In this document: positions 49,487 through 58,092 of the stretch, one piece after another
Layout: every line of letters begins with the position of its first letter
Numbering within the stretch: position 1 is the stretch's first letter
Virus record (IMG/VR): IMGVR_UViG_3300020577_006243
Span: 14,971-78,970 of that record
DNA length: 64,000 bases
Source: a virus
Lineage: Duplodnaviria > Caudoviricetes
Direction: 5' to 3' (one strand)
Notes under the pieces: model-generated
The model's database searches: none
What the model saw: the letters and a program-made list of their open reading frames with translations, nothing else
What the model was told of the DNA's origin: nothing
Program-made: the position numbers and the translations under genes

Positions 49487-49831
49487 ATGTTATTAGAAGA
49501 ACTAATGAAGCAGTTAAACGAGAGAGTATCACAAAGTAACCCTCCACAATACAAAATCATAGTGTCATTTAAGGATGCTGACAAGGTGAATGGTAAGTTT
49601 TACTGCGTTTATGATCCAGCAGAATACAGCGATCATGCAGACCTTGAGGCATTTGCAAAAAGACAAGGCAAAGTCGGTGGGTTTTGTAGATTTGTAACTA
49701 TGGGTAAAAGAATAGTTGCTAACTCAAGACAATACGAAGACATTAAAGATGATGTGCTAGCGGACTTTATAACACAAATGCGTGGTAAAAAACCAGCACA
49801 CCACATCTTTATTCCAATGGTTAGAGGTTAG
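49487..49831 (+). CDS. Hypothetical protein, possibly head-associated
   Basis: Isolated + strand gene starting MLLEELMKQLNE, like the LNE leaders of the other putative head proteins. Confidence 0.5.
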   Translation: MLLEELMKQLNERVSQSNPPQYKIIVSFKDADKVNGKFYCVYDPAEYSDHADLEAFAKRQGKVGGFCRFVTMGKRIVANSRQYEDIKDDVLADFITQMRGKKPAHHIFIPMVRG

Positions 49832-50097
49832 TCTAACTCAGCAGTTTGATATATTTTCTTAATCTCTTCTGCTTTTGTTGCGACTTGATTAAATAAATAC
49901 CCCCAAACTTCTTCATATGCTTCATCAATATTAGCATCGTCTTTCAAAGAAAGGGATACTCCTGCATTAATATTGATATTTTCATAAGGTTCTGTTGTAA
50001 GTTTCATTGAAACTCCACAGTTAATTGATGTAGGAACACCATTCGTAAATTCAACTTCTGCATTTTTGTATTTTTTGATTAGTTGCTTGTTTGACAC
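49828..50097 (-). CDS. Hypothetical phage protein
   Basis: SMKLTTEPYENININAGVS...DEAYEEVW pattern. Confidence 0.55.
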   Translation of the reverse strand: MSNKQLIKKYKNAEVEFTNGVPTSINCGVSMKLTTEPYENININAGVSLSLKDDANIDEAYEEVWGYLFNQVATKAEEIKKIYQTAELD

Positions 50098-50362
50098 TTT
50101 TTCTCTCCATTTCTTTTCTATATTTTTTATAATCTTCTGGACGCCAGTTTATAGATTTAAAATCTTCTTCTGTACATGTTGAAAGAAGTTTTCTATCCTC
50201 TTCTGAGAGGTTTTTAATTACTGAACCCGGCATATATCTTTCTGGAATTTTATTTCCAGAAGAAGCGTACATGATTCCATTACCATTAGACCAAAGACCA
50301 GACCCTTTAAATTGGGCATCGTTGATTAAACGATTTAATAACTCTTTTTTCCTATCGTCCAT
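50051..50362 (-). CDS. Hypothetical early protein
   Basis: TTGATA-17-TATCAT promoter (50369-50397) ends 6 nt before the ATG. Confidence 0.6.
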   Translation of the reverse strand: MDDRKKELLNRLINDAQFKGSGLWSNGNGIMYASSGNKIPERYMPGSVIKNLSEEDRKLLSTCTEEDFKSINWRPEDYKKYRKEMERKSVKQATNQKIQKCRS

Positions 50363-50398
50363 ATATTTATGATAACATAAATACGAACAAATATCAAA

Positions 50399-51829
50399 TC
50401 AAGATTTTGTTAATTCGTCTCTATATTTTAAAAGAATTTGGATTTCCTGTTCAGTCTTAATCCTTCTTCTTTCTTTAGCACTTTTGACCAATTCAATTAA
50501 CCCATTATGGGAAACAGGACGGCTATAGTAATAGCCCTGAACACTATCGCAATTCAATACCTTCAATAGTTCAAGTTGATCTTTAGTTTCCACACCTTCC
50601 GCTGTACATTCAAGATTAAAGTGATAAGCAAGGGCAAGAATAGCATTTACTATTTTTTTGTCATCCTCGTTGTTCATTAAATCTCTGATAAACGATCTGT
50701 CAATTTTCAGTTTATGAACTTTAAATTTTCTCAAATAATTAAGTGAAGAAGCACCAATGCCGAAATCATCAATAGATACTCGGATACCATGTTTTGCCAA
50801 TTCTTGTATATTATGTGCGGCGTATTCCATATCTTCCATTACAGTTCTTTCTGTAATTTCTATTTCAAGAAAACGTGGGTTAGTATTTGTCTCATTTAAT
50901 ATCGAGAGAACATCCTTCACCATTTCTTTGGAGTGCATATATCTCTGTGAGAAATTAACAGACACCCAAAGTCTGGAGCCTAATTCTGCGTTTATTCTGT
51001 TTATACCTAAACAAGCCTGTCTCAACACATACCTATCAACTTCTACTATAAGATTACTTTCTTCACATATTGATATAAATGTTTCTGTATTTATCTCGCC
51101 TAAAGCAGTATCCGTCCATCTAACAAGTGCCTCAACACCAACAATTCTTCCTGTCTTAATATTTATTTGAGGTTGATATGCTATACTAAATCCTCTTTGT
51201 TGATGATGTAAATCCTTTCTAATATTGTTATCAATTCTCAATTTTTCAACAACTTTTTCATGTACTTCTGGAGTATAGAATTGATAACAGGAGCCGCCTT
51301 TATCTTTTGCTAAATACATAGCAAAATCGGCTTGTTTAAGAGCGTCAGTTAAATTTAGCGCATCGGTTGGGTAAATACAAATGCCAACAGAGGACGACAC
51401 TGCGATAACAGTACCGTTTATTTCAATGTCTACAGATACAGCTTCTATTATTTTCTCTGCAAGTTGCGCGGCACTTTTTGGGTTCGCTACATCTTCTTGT
51501 ATCATCACAAACTCATCGCCACCCATTCTGTATACTGTATCAGACTTTCTGAGTATTTGCGTAAGTCTATCTGCTGTGATTTTTAAAACCTGATCGCCAA
51601 CTAAATGACCCATACTATCGTTTATTCTTTTGAAATTGTCAAGATCAAAAAACAATAGAGCAAAATTCGTCTTCTGTCTGTCTGTTTTTATTATTGTTTT
51701 TTCAACGTCATTAAAGAATGACAATCTATTTGGCAGTCTTGTTAAACTGTCAAAATGTGCTAAATCAAATAGTCTTTCGTCTTTATACTTGAAAAGACTT
51801 AATATTTTTTTTATCATATTTATACTCAT
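50399..51829 (-). CDS. GGDEF-EAL diguanylate cyclase/phosphodiesterase
   Basis: DSLTRLPNR, DLDNFKRINDSMGHLVGD, RKSD I-site, RMGGDEF; YQPQ, VEAL, VNFS, EITE, DDFG, KIDRSF, EGVET, QGYYYSRP. Confidence 0.93.
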   Translation of the reverse strand: MSINMIKKILSLFKYKDERLFDLAHFDSLTRLPNRLSFFNDVEKTIIKTDRQKTNFALLFFDLDNFKRINDSMGHLVGDQVLKITADRLTQILRKSDTVYRMGGDEFVMIQEDVANPKSAAQLAEKIIEAVSVDIEINGTVIAVSSSVGICIYPTDALNLTDALKQADFAMYLAKDKGGSCYQFYTPEVHEKVVEKLRIDNNIRKDLHHQQRGFSIAYQPQINIKTGRIVGVEALVRWTDTALGEINTETFISICEESNLIVEVDRYVLRQACLGINRINAELGSRLWVSVNFSQRYMHSKEMVKDVLSILNETNTNPRFLEIEITERTVMEDMEYAAHNIQELAKHGIRVSIDDFGIGASSLNYLRKFKVHKLKIDRSFIRDLMNNEDDKKIVNAILALAYHFNLECTAEGVETKDQLELLKVLNCDSVQGYYYSRPVSHNGLIELVKSAKERRRIKTEQEIQILLKYRDELTKS

Positions 51830-51839
51830 TATCTTTTTA

Positions 51840-52088
51840 TTACTCTATTAAAAGGCGATATTTTTCGTATTGTTCTTGCTTGTATATTCTTGCACCTTGA
51901 AGAAAATTATAAGTGCCAACCAATAATGCGCTCTCTCCAAGTCTCATAATTTGAATTTTCTCTGGATTTTTTATAAAATACAAGAAATCTTCGTCTTCTA
52001 TTTCCCATCCTATGAATTCAAATTCTGTTATAGATAGAGCATAATACCTACTGTTTGGAAATTTTTCTACAATAGTAGAATACAACAT
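51840..52088 (-). CDS. KY(K/R)LL-family small protein
   Basis: Ends QYEKYRLLIE; paralogous to the C-terminal half of 52545..52928. Confidence 0.6.
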   Translation of the reverse strand: MLYSTIVEKFPNSRYYALSITEFEFIGWEIEDEDFLYFIKNPEKIQIMRLGESALLVGTYNFLQGARIYKQEQYEKYRLLIE

Positions 52089-52354
52089 TAATTAAACCTG
52101 AAATCTTGATTAAAATATACTTCAACAATTTGGGAATGATGAGCCTTAAAACATACTTTTTCTTCAACCGTATTAATCATAAAATCACATTTATATGGTA
52201 AATTATGCCTGTGTTTAAACTCAAAGTCATGCATCGCCCTCTCTGTAGCGTACATTATACCAATTGGATCATAACGATCAACTCCACTTAAATAATACAA
52301 ATATAGATCACGGAGTATATTAGCCTGTTTCAGTAGTTCTTCATATGTTACCAT
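52088..52354 (-). CDS. Hypothetical protein ending NQDFRFN
   Basis: TAATG coupling; shares its terminus with 52357..52542. Confidence 0.55.
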   Translation of the reverse strand: MVTYEELLKQANILRDLYLYYLSGVDRYDPIGIMYATERAMHDFEFKHRHNLPYKCDFMINTVEEKVCFKAHHSQIVEVYFNQDFRFN

Positions 52355-52356
52355 TT

Positions 52357-52542
52357 TTAATTAAACCTAAAATCATTCTGATATTGCTTTCTCATACCAG
52401 CAATTCTTTCTTTTATTCTCCTGTACTCTGGTTCAGGAATTCTATTTATGTCAATTATACCTCTTCTGACTTTATCAGTTAATTCTTCTATTGAGAAGAG
52501 ATTTGGATTTATCATCAATGTTTTGAAATAGATTACACCCAT
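52357..52542 (-). CDS. Hypothetical protein ending QNDFRFN
   Basis: Tight 2-nt spacing in the operon. Confidence 0.5.
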   Translation of the reverse strand: MGVIYFKTLMINPNLFSIEELTDKVRRGIIDINRIPEPEYRRIKERIAGMRKQYQNDFRFN

Positions 52543-52544
52543 TT

Positions 52545-52928
52545 TTAACCTTCTATTAAAAGACGATATTTCTCGTATAGTTCTGGATGATATTTCTTTG
52601 CCGCACTTTTGAAAGTTACATTTTTGTAAGAGCCACTTGAAGAAGATGACATTATCACAATCTTATTTGGGTTCTCAATATACTCAAGAAAATCAACATC
52701 GCTTATATTCCATCTTGAAAACTCAAATATAGTCATTGTTAGTATGTCAGTTTCCTCCAAGTCTTTAGCTACTCCGTTTAACGCAATGCTAATCTCAGTA
52801 GTAGCATCCCCAATACTTATCGTGTTTGAGTAAGTGTTTGTCAATATAAGACCACTGCCTACTGTCAAATTACCGCCTACACTAAGATTACGTGCGGCAC
52901 CTAAATTTTGATTAACGATATATGACAT
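52545..52928 (-). CDS. KY(K/R)LL-family protein with a fibre-like N-terminus
   Basis: NLSVGGNLTVGSGLILTN; ends YHPELYEKYRLLIEG. Confidence 0.6.
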   Translation of the reverse strand: MSYIVNQNLGAARNLSVGGNLTVGSGLILTNTYSNTISIGDATTEISIALNGVAKDLEETDILTMTIFEFSRWNISDVDFLEYIENPNKIVIMSSSSSGSYKNVTFKSAAKKYHPELYEKYRLLIEG

Positions 52929-54047
52929 TTATGCCCAATCTTCAAAGTCGTCCTTGAAATTAACAGAACTTGCAGTTGCTTTTGCTTCTCTTTTAGTCTT
53001 GCCTTTTTCAATGAGTTTCTTTGCAGTTGTATTCAACTTGTTAATTCTTGTTGGAAGGTTCATTCCAGAGAAAAGGATGTTGACCTTATAGTCTCTTGTG
53101 TCTGTGTTGACAACAGACTTCAACATTCTCTTTCCTTTGAATTTTCTTGAGATTAACTCAAATAGTTCGTTGATAGGAACAACGTCATCTGAACCGTGTT
53201 TTCTTGGTCTTTCAACTACAACAAGCATACCTTCACAAGAGGCATAATCGTATCCTTTTGCCATAGAAAGATTTGTTTCTTTCATTCCTTCTTTGAAACC
53301 TTCTTCAATATCAGCAAGTGAAATTTTGAATGATTTAATATCATTGAAACCAACATCATTACCTGCTCTCATTAGTCTAAATATACGAACGAATTCTCGC
53401 TCGTCAAGAGTGTTGAAAGTTTCAATGTCTGTACTTTCTGCTTCTGTAAGATTTAAGAACAGCATGATTTTAGAAATTCTTTCGTTGATTGCTTGCCAGT
53501 GATTAACTGTATGTTCTTCTTCTTCAAAAAGAAGTTGATTGTCAACGATAAAGAAAGGAGATACTTTAGTTCCTTTCAATACTTTTACTAAGTTATGAAG
53601 CCCATTAATACTATTTGGAATTGTTGGAGAACCTTCTTGATTAAGAGGAAGTGTGTAAATAACACCGAATTTTACTCTCAATTCATCAAGTATTCCACAT
53701 ACTACAGGCGCAAAACCTGTCCCCGTTCCACCACCACCACCGATTGTAACAATAAGAAATCCATCATATCCTTCAACTGTTGCTTCAAGGAAGTCTCTAA
53801 TAGTGTGTTTATTTTCCTGTGCGAGTGTTTCAGCAAATCCGGGTGATCTGCCAGTTCCAGAACCATCTATACAGAGTTTAATCTGTTCATCTTTGTTGCG
53901 TTTATTTCCTTTTGAGAAATAATCACCTTCTAATAAATCCATTTCATCTTTATGAGTGTTAAGATAATACATTTTTTCAGCGAAACTTTCAAAAGCCCTG
54001 CCTACTCCTGCCCCACCTTTACCAATACAAATTAATCTTAAACGCAT
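52929..54047 (-). CDS. Tubulin/FtsZ-family GTPase (PhuZ/TubZ-like)
   Basis: IGKGGAG, GSGTGRSP, signature GGGGGTGTG, T7-loop-like NTLDERE; AGGAG RBS. Confidence 0.88.
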   Translation of the reverse strand: MRLRLICIGKGGAGVGRAFESFAEKMYYLNTHKDEMDLLEGDYFSKGNKRNKDEQIKLCIDGSGTGRSPGFAETLAQENKHTIRDFLEATVEGYDGFLIVTIGGGGGTGTGFAPVVCGILDELRVKFGVIYTLPLNQEGSPTIPNSINGLHNLVKVLKGTKVSPFFIVDNQLLFEEEEHTVNHWQAINERISKIMLFLNLTEAESTDIETFNTLDEREFVRIFRLMRAGNDVGFNDIKSFKISLADIEEGFKEGMKETNLSMAKGYDYASCEGMLVVVERPRKHGSDDVVPINELFELISRKFKGKRMLKSVVNTDTRDYKVNILFSGMNLPTRINKLNTTAKKLIEKGKTKREAKATASSVNFKDDFEDWA

Positions 54048-54958
54048 ACATTCTCCTTTTTTATTCTAAAGTATATATTACTTTCTGTACAACCTATAAT
54101 ATCACTTATTTGTTTGACAGTCAACCCATCTTTTAGCATTTTATCTAAATCATGTTTTTCCCAATTGTATTTATGAGTAGGATTGTTTTTTTTAATATCT
54201 AAGTCTTTTAAACAACTTGATAAGAACTTGCGTCCTTTTTTAAAGTGTTTTTCCATTTCTTGCATACTAACATTTGCATCATTCATTTCAATCAATTCTT
54301 TTTTATGTCTTAAAATCCAAATTTTTTTTAATCTTTTAATACTTGTTGGTTTTATGTTTAATTTTTTTTGTCTTTTTACTACAGTGGTATAACATACTCC
54401 TAATTTTTTCGCTATAGCAAGAGTTGACATTTCTTTTGATAATGTTTTTAAATCTATATTACTCCAATCAAATTGGACATTTACTTTAGTAGCGTATATT
54501 GACGCACATTTTAACGAACAAAAATTGAAATTTATAAATTTATCTCTACCACAAATTGAACAATTATCAATTAACCTTTCGCCATTTTCATCAATTAAAA
54601 ATTCATTTTTAAATACTTCGTATGCGCTATCAAATTGCTTCATACTTTCAGTGACAGAACGAACCCCGTAATGAATTTCAGCGTGACAATTTGAACAAAC
54701 TAAAATACACTTTTTCAATTCTTTAACAATCATTTTCCATCTTTTTTGTCCTTGTTTTGTAGATAGAATTACATTTTCACCTATATTAAAATTAAAATCT
54801 TTTTCTTTAGGGTTTATATGATGAAAATGAAGTGAACAGTTATGTTTGTTATAACCACAAATTTTACATTTGCCACCCATTGCGGTTACAGCAATATTTT
54901 TATACGCTCGTTTTATTTTTCTTTTATAACTTATATAAAGTTCTTTATTCTTATACAT
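54038..54958 (-). mobile_element. HNH endonuclease with Zn finger and C-terminal HTH-like repeats
   Basis: GGKCKICGY...LHFHHINP...KCILVCSNCHAEIH; LAIAKKLGV and VKQISDIIGC helices. Confidence 0.8.
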
Positions 54959-55041
54959 ACAATTATCTTATAACTAAAAAGAAAAGGAGGGCAATAAAAA
55001 GGAAAAAGATTGTAATTTCATTTTCGTTTTTCTCCTAATTA

Positions 55042-55070
55042 ATTGTATTCCTAATGATTAAATATGTCAA
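55042..55070 (-). promoter_or_regulatory. Sigma70 promoter TTGACA-17-TACAAT
   Basis: The -35 box contains the TGA stop of 55067..55543. Confidence 0.7.
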
Positions 55071-55543
55071 GTCTTCTCCATCAACAATTTATATTTTTGA
55101 AATAATTCTGGACGGAATTGCTCAAGAAATTCCTCAAGCGTTATATAAGTTTTTACACCGTCATCACCATTGTAAATCATTTGTGAATGTGATTGATAAA
55201 CTTCCACCATTGCTTTACAAGGATTGAGTAATCCAATAATTTCATCTTCGCTTAAAAAATATGCCTTTTCACTACTTAGAATAATTTTGTGTTCAGGTTT
55301 TATTGAAATGTTTATATTATTAAAATTTACTGCCGTTCCAGAGGAGGCAATATAAGGAAATTGAACTGTCCAAGTTGACTGTGGGGTTGACGGCACCGTT
55401 ATAGTTGTTCCGACAGGATAAAATGTCGTTCCTGTAGTCGTTGTCGTAGTGTACGATCCATTCGTATTGGAGGTATCTGTATACTCACCGCTCAAAAGGT
55501 CATTTCCACCTGTCCCAAACAATTCGTTTAATTTTTTCCACAT
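55067..55543 (-). CDS. KY(K/R)LL-family protein with a Thr-rich N-terminus
   Basis: Ends QFRPELFQKYKLLMEKT. Confidence 0.65.
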   Translation of the reverse strand: MWKKLNELFGTGGNDLLSGEYTDTSNTNGSYTTTTTTGTTFYPVGTTITVPSTPQSTWTVQFPYIASSGTAVNFNNINISIKPEHKIILSSEKAYFLSEDEIIGLLNPCKAMVEVYQSHSQMIYNGDDGVKTYITLEEFLEQFRPELFQKYKLLMEKT

Positions 55544-55551
55544 TATATCGT

Positions 55552-55580
55552 ATTGTACGATACATTTCTCTAAATGTCAA
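55552..55580 (-). promoter_or_regulatory. Sigma70 promoter TTGACA-17-TACAAT
   Basis: The -35 box contains the TGA stop of 55577..55984; ATG lies 8 nt after the -10 box. Confidence 0.7.
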
Positions 55581-55984
55581 TTCTCTTCAATTAAAAGTTT
55601 GTATTTCTCATATAGTTCTGGACGGAATTTTTCTATGAATTTTGTTAACCTCACAAAATTTCTATGGTAGTTTTCTATCACTTCTACCCAAATTACTTTA
55701 TCTACTACAGCTATGAACTCTTCTTCTGTAATAAAGAATGCTTCCTTAGAAGAAAAGACCATTTCTATTTCAATATTTTTATTGAATAAATGGCTTGGAT
55801 AAATTCTCCCATTTTTGTTTGGTAGTGCTGGATTTGGAACTGTAAATTTTGGTATAGGCTGTTGTGGTTGGCCACCAGTTCCATGACGTGGGTTGTATCT
55901 TACAATTGTTATTTCATCAGGAATGTTTGGAATTACGCCAAAAAATCCTAATATAACTCTCAAAATGCCTTTTATAAATTCCAT
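55577..55984 (-). CDS. KY(K/R)LL-family protein with a Pro-rich N-terminus
   Basis: Ends KFRPELYEKYKLLIEEN. Confidence 0.65.
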   Translation of the reverse strand: MEFIKGILRVILGFFGVIPNIPDEITIVRYNPRHGTGGQPQQPIPKFTVPNPALPNKNGRIYPSHLFNKNIEIEMVFSSKEAFFITEEEFIAVVDKVIWVEVIENYHRNFVRLTKFIEKFRPELYEKYKLLIEEN

Positions 55985-55985
55985 T

Positions 55986-56363
55986 TTATTTATCCATTAA
56001 TAGTTTGTATTTATGACAGAATTCTTTGTATTCTTTAGTGAAATTCTCTTTGAAGAATTTCTTTGGCTCTAAAAATGAACCAGCAAGAACTGATTTTTTA
56101 TCCTGACTTATATTCTTAACATTGTCACAGAAATACAATTTAACATTTTCACTCTTGTCAATAAGTATCTCTATCATCTCTTCTTCTATCTCGTTGAATT
56201 CATCAAATGTTCCAACCTGTGGGTTGTCCATATCATTATTGTAGTCCATTTTAATAAAGAAAAATTTCTTTGATTGTTTATTCATAGGATCTATTCTTAC
56301 GGTTATGTGATGCACTTCATTATTATAATCAAATCTCTGCGTAGACTGCATTACAACTTTCAC
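55986..56363 (-). CDS. KY(K/R)LL-family protein
   Basis: Ends FCHKYKLLMDK. Confidence 0.6.
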   Translation of the reverse strand: MKVVMQSTQRFDYNNEVHHITVRIDPMNKQSKKFFFIKMDYNNDMDNPQVGTFDEFNEIEEEMIEILIDKSENVKLYFCDNVKNISQDKKSVLAGSFLEPKKFFKENFTKEYKEFCHKYKLLMDK

Positions 56364-57397
56364 TTTTTACCTTTAACAAACTCCTTCAATTTTTTCTTGT
56401 CAAGTTTAGTTTCAACATTTTCAATATAGACATCAATCATGTCTTCTGCGTTAGTCATGCTACTTGCATCAAAGTCACCCATCTTGCTTTCATCTAATTC
56501 CATGTCAGTAGTGATTTTTGTCGTTGAAAAATCTACCTGTTGATTTGTCTTTTCTAATTGCATTTTCATTTCAATTAGTTTTGCATTTGTAATCTTCTTA
56601 GTGTTCTCTTCGTTCACATTGATCTTGATAAATCCATTTTTGATCTTCTTAATCTTATCCATTTGTGTGATATCAAGTTCGTGAAAGCAAGGTGGAACAT
56701 AATCGTCGTATACTTTGAATTTATGTTCAAGAGTTTTTAAGTCTAATTCAACAAAGCCATAGACATTCCCTGCATCTCTCTTTCCTTGATGATGAGTAGA
56801 ACCGATATATGTTATATGCTTATGCTCTCTTCTTCTATGATAATGTCCAACGAATACTTTGTCAAACATTCTTAGATTGTGCGGATTGATTGAAGCAGTC
56901 TTCATTTCAAATCCATTATTTACATAGAAACCATTACAATCAAAATGTCCGAACAGAACATTCTTCTTCCCCTTCTTAACAGGAAGACTTTCGCCTGAAA
57001 TGTGATCGTTACCTGCGTAATTGCAAAATATGAAATTGTTGCCATCTATTTCTTTAACTGTAAATGGATCAGGGACAACTTCAAGGTATTCATCAAATAG
57101 ATTGATAAGACAATATTCACTGCTTCCTTTATATACTAAATCGTGATTACCAACAACGAATGTAGTTTTGAAATTCTTAAATCTTTCAAATGTTGGTTTT
57201 ATTTTTGGCAATACATGGGATGAAAGAATTTCTTTTTGATGAAATGTGTCACCCAAGCAAAACAAATATTCAATTCTATTTTTTTCAGCATAATCTATTA
57301 TGTTATTCAAACATGCTAAAGCAGTATCAACAAATATCTCACTTGAGCCTTTTGTAATATCAATGTGGACATCGGTAAATAGTAAACATTTTGACAT
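56360..57397 (-). CDS. sbcD: SbcD/gp47/Mre11-type metallophosphoesterase nuclease
   Basis: FTDVH, LGDTFH, VGNHD, FGHF, GHYH...YIGS. Confidence 0.88.
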   Translation of the reverse strand: MSKCLLFTDVHIDITKGSSEIFVDTALACLNNIIDYAEKNRIEYLFCLGDTFHQKEILSSHVLPKIKPTFERFKNFKTTFVVGNHDLVYKGSSEYCLINLFDEYLEVVPDPFTVKEIDGNNFIFCNYAGNDHISGESLPVKKGKKNVLFGHFDCNGFYVNNGFEMKTASINPHNLRMFDKVFVGHYHRRREHKHITYIGSTHHQGKRDAGNVYGFVELDLKTLEHKFKVYDDYVPPCFHELDITQMDKIKKIKNGFIKINVNEENTKKITNAKLIEMKMQLEKTNQQVDFSTTKITTDMELDESKMGDFDASSMTNAEDMIDVYIENVETKLDKKKLKEFVKGKK

Positions 57398-58086
57398 TAT
57401 TTGGCACTCCTATTATAATTGTACTGCCTCATCCTTTCTGCCCTTTTTAATTTTTCTTCTTCTGACATAACCCATTTTTTTCTATTTTTAGTTCCGATTC
57501 TGATGTTTTCTAAAGCCTCTCCAGTTCTTTTTTTACCTGTATTTGAAATTCTTATTTTTTCAACAATTTTACTATCTCTTATACTGCCAACTTTTGGTAC
57601 AAATCTTGTTTTTTTAAATTTGTTAAGTCGTCTTTGCTTCTCTTTATTATCCATTCCATCCCACATTTTTTTAGTCGCTATTGATTTATGAACCTTTTCT
57701 TCTTCGGTTGCTTTTCTGCCTTTGACAGCAAGGCCGATTTTCTTTTTAGTGTCTTCATTTAAACTGCCGTTCGCGCCACCTTCTCTAAGATTATACCCAT
57801 TCTCTATAGTATTGTATTTTTCAATATAATGAATTTCCATATTGTTCAATGCTTCTTGATTTTGTCCATAACAAAATTCAATTACTCCCCATAAAAAATT
57901 TTTAACACCATGTTTTTTCATCGCATTGAACAGTTTAACTGATTTCTTCTTTGGTTGCCTATTCAACATTTCAAGATTAAAATGTTCATGTATTCTGTAT
58001 TCAACTTTTCTAACAGTCTGCCCAATATACATTTTACCATCAATTAGGCATTTGACGCAATATATAGTTCCAAATATTTTACTCAT
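57397..58086 (-). mobile_element. GIY-YIG homing endonuclease with NUMOD3-like repeats
   Basis: GTIYCVKCLIDGKMYIGQT...RIHEH...EIHYI...GYNLREGG; sits directly upstream of the nuclease gene. Confidence 0.85.
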
Positions 58087-58092
58087 TAATTC

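Noticed and set aside
52929-54047. Evidence for a nucleus-forming (chimallin) phage
   Set aside because: No chimallin or multisubunit RNAP is recognisable here, and DnaE plus a sigma factor argue for a different lineage; the rest of the genome is unseen.
54038-58086. HNH or GIY-YIG genes as parts of group I introns
   Set aside because: Flanking ORFs are complete and leave no room for intron core structure; treated as free-standing.
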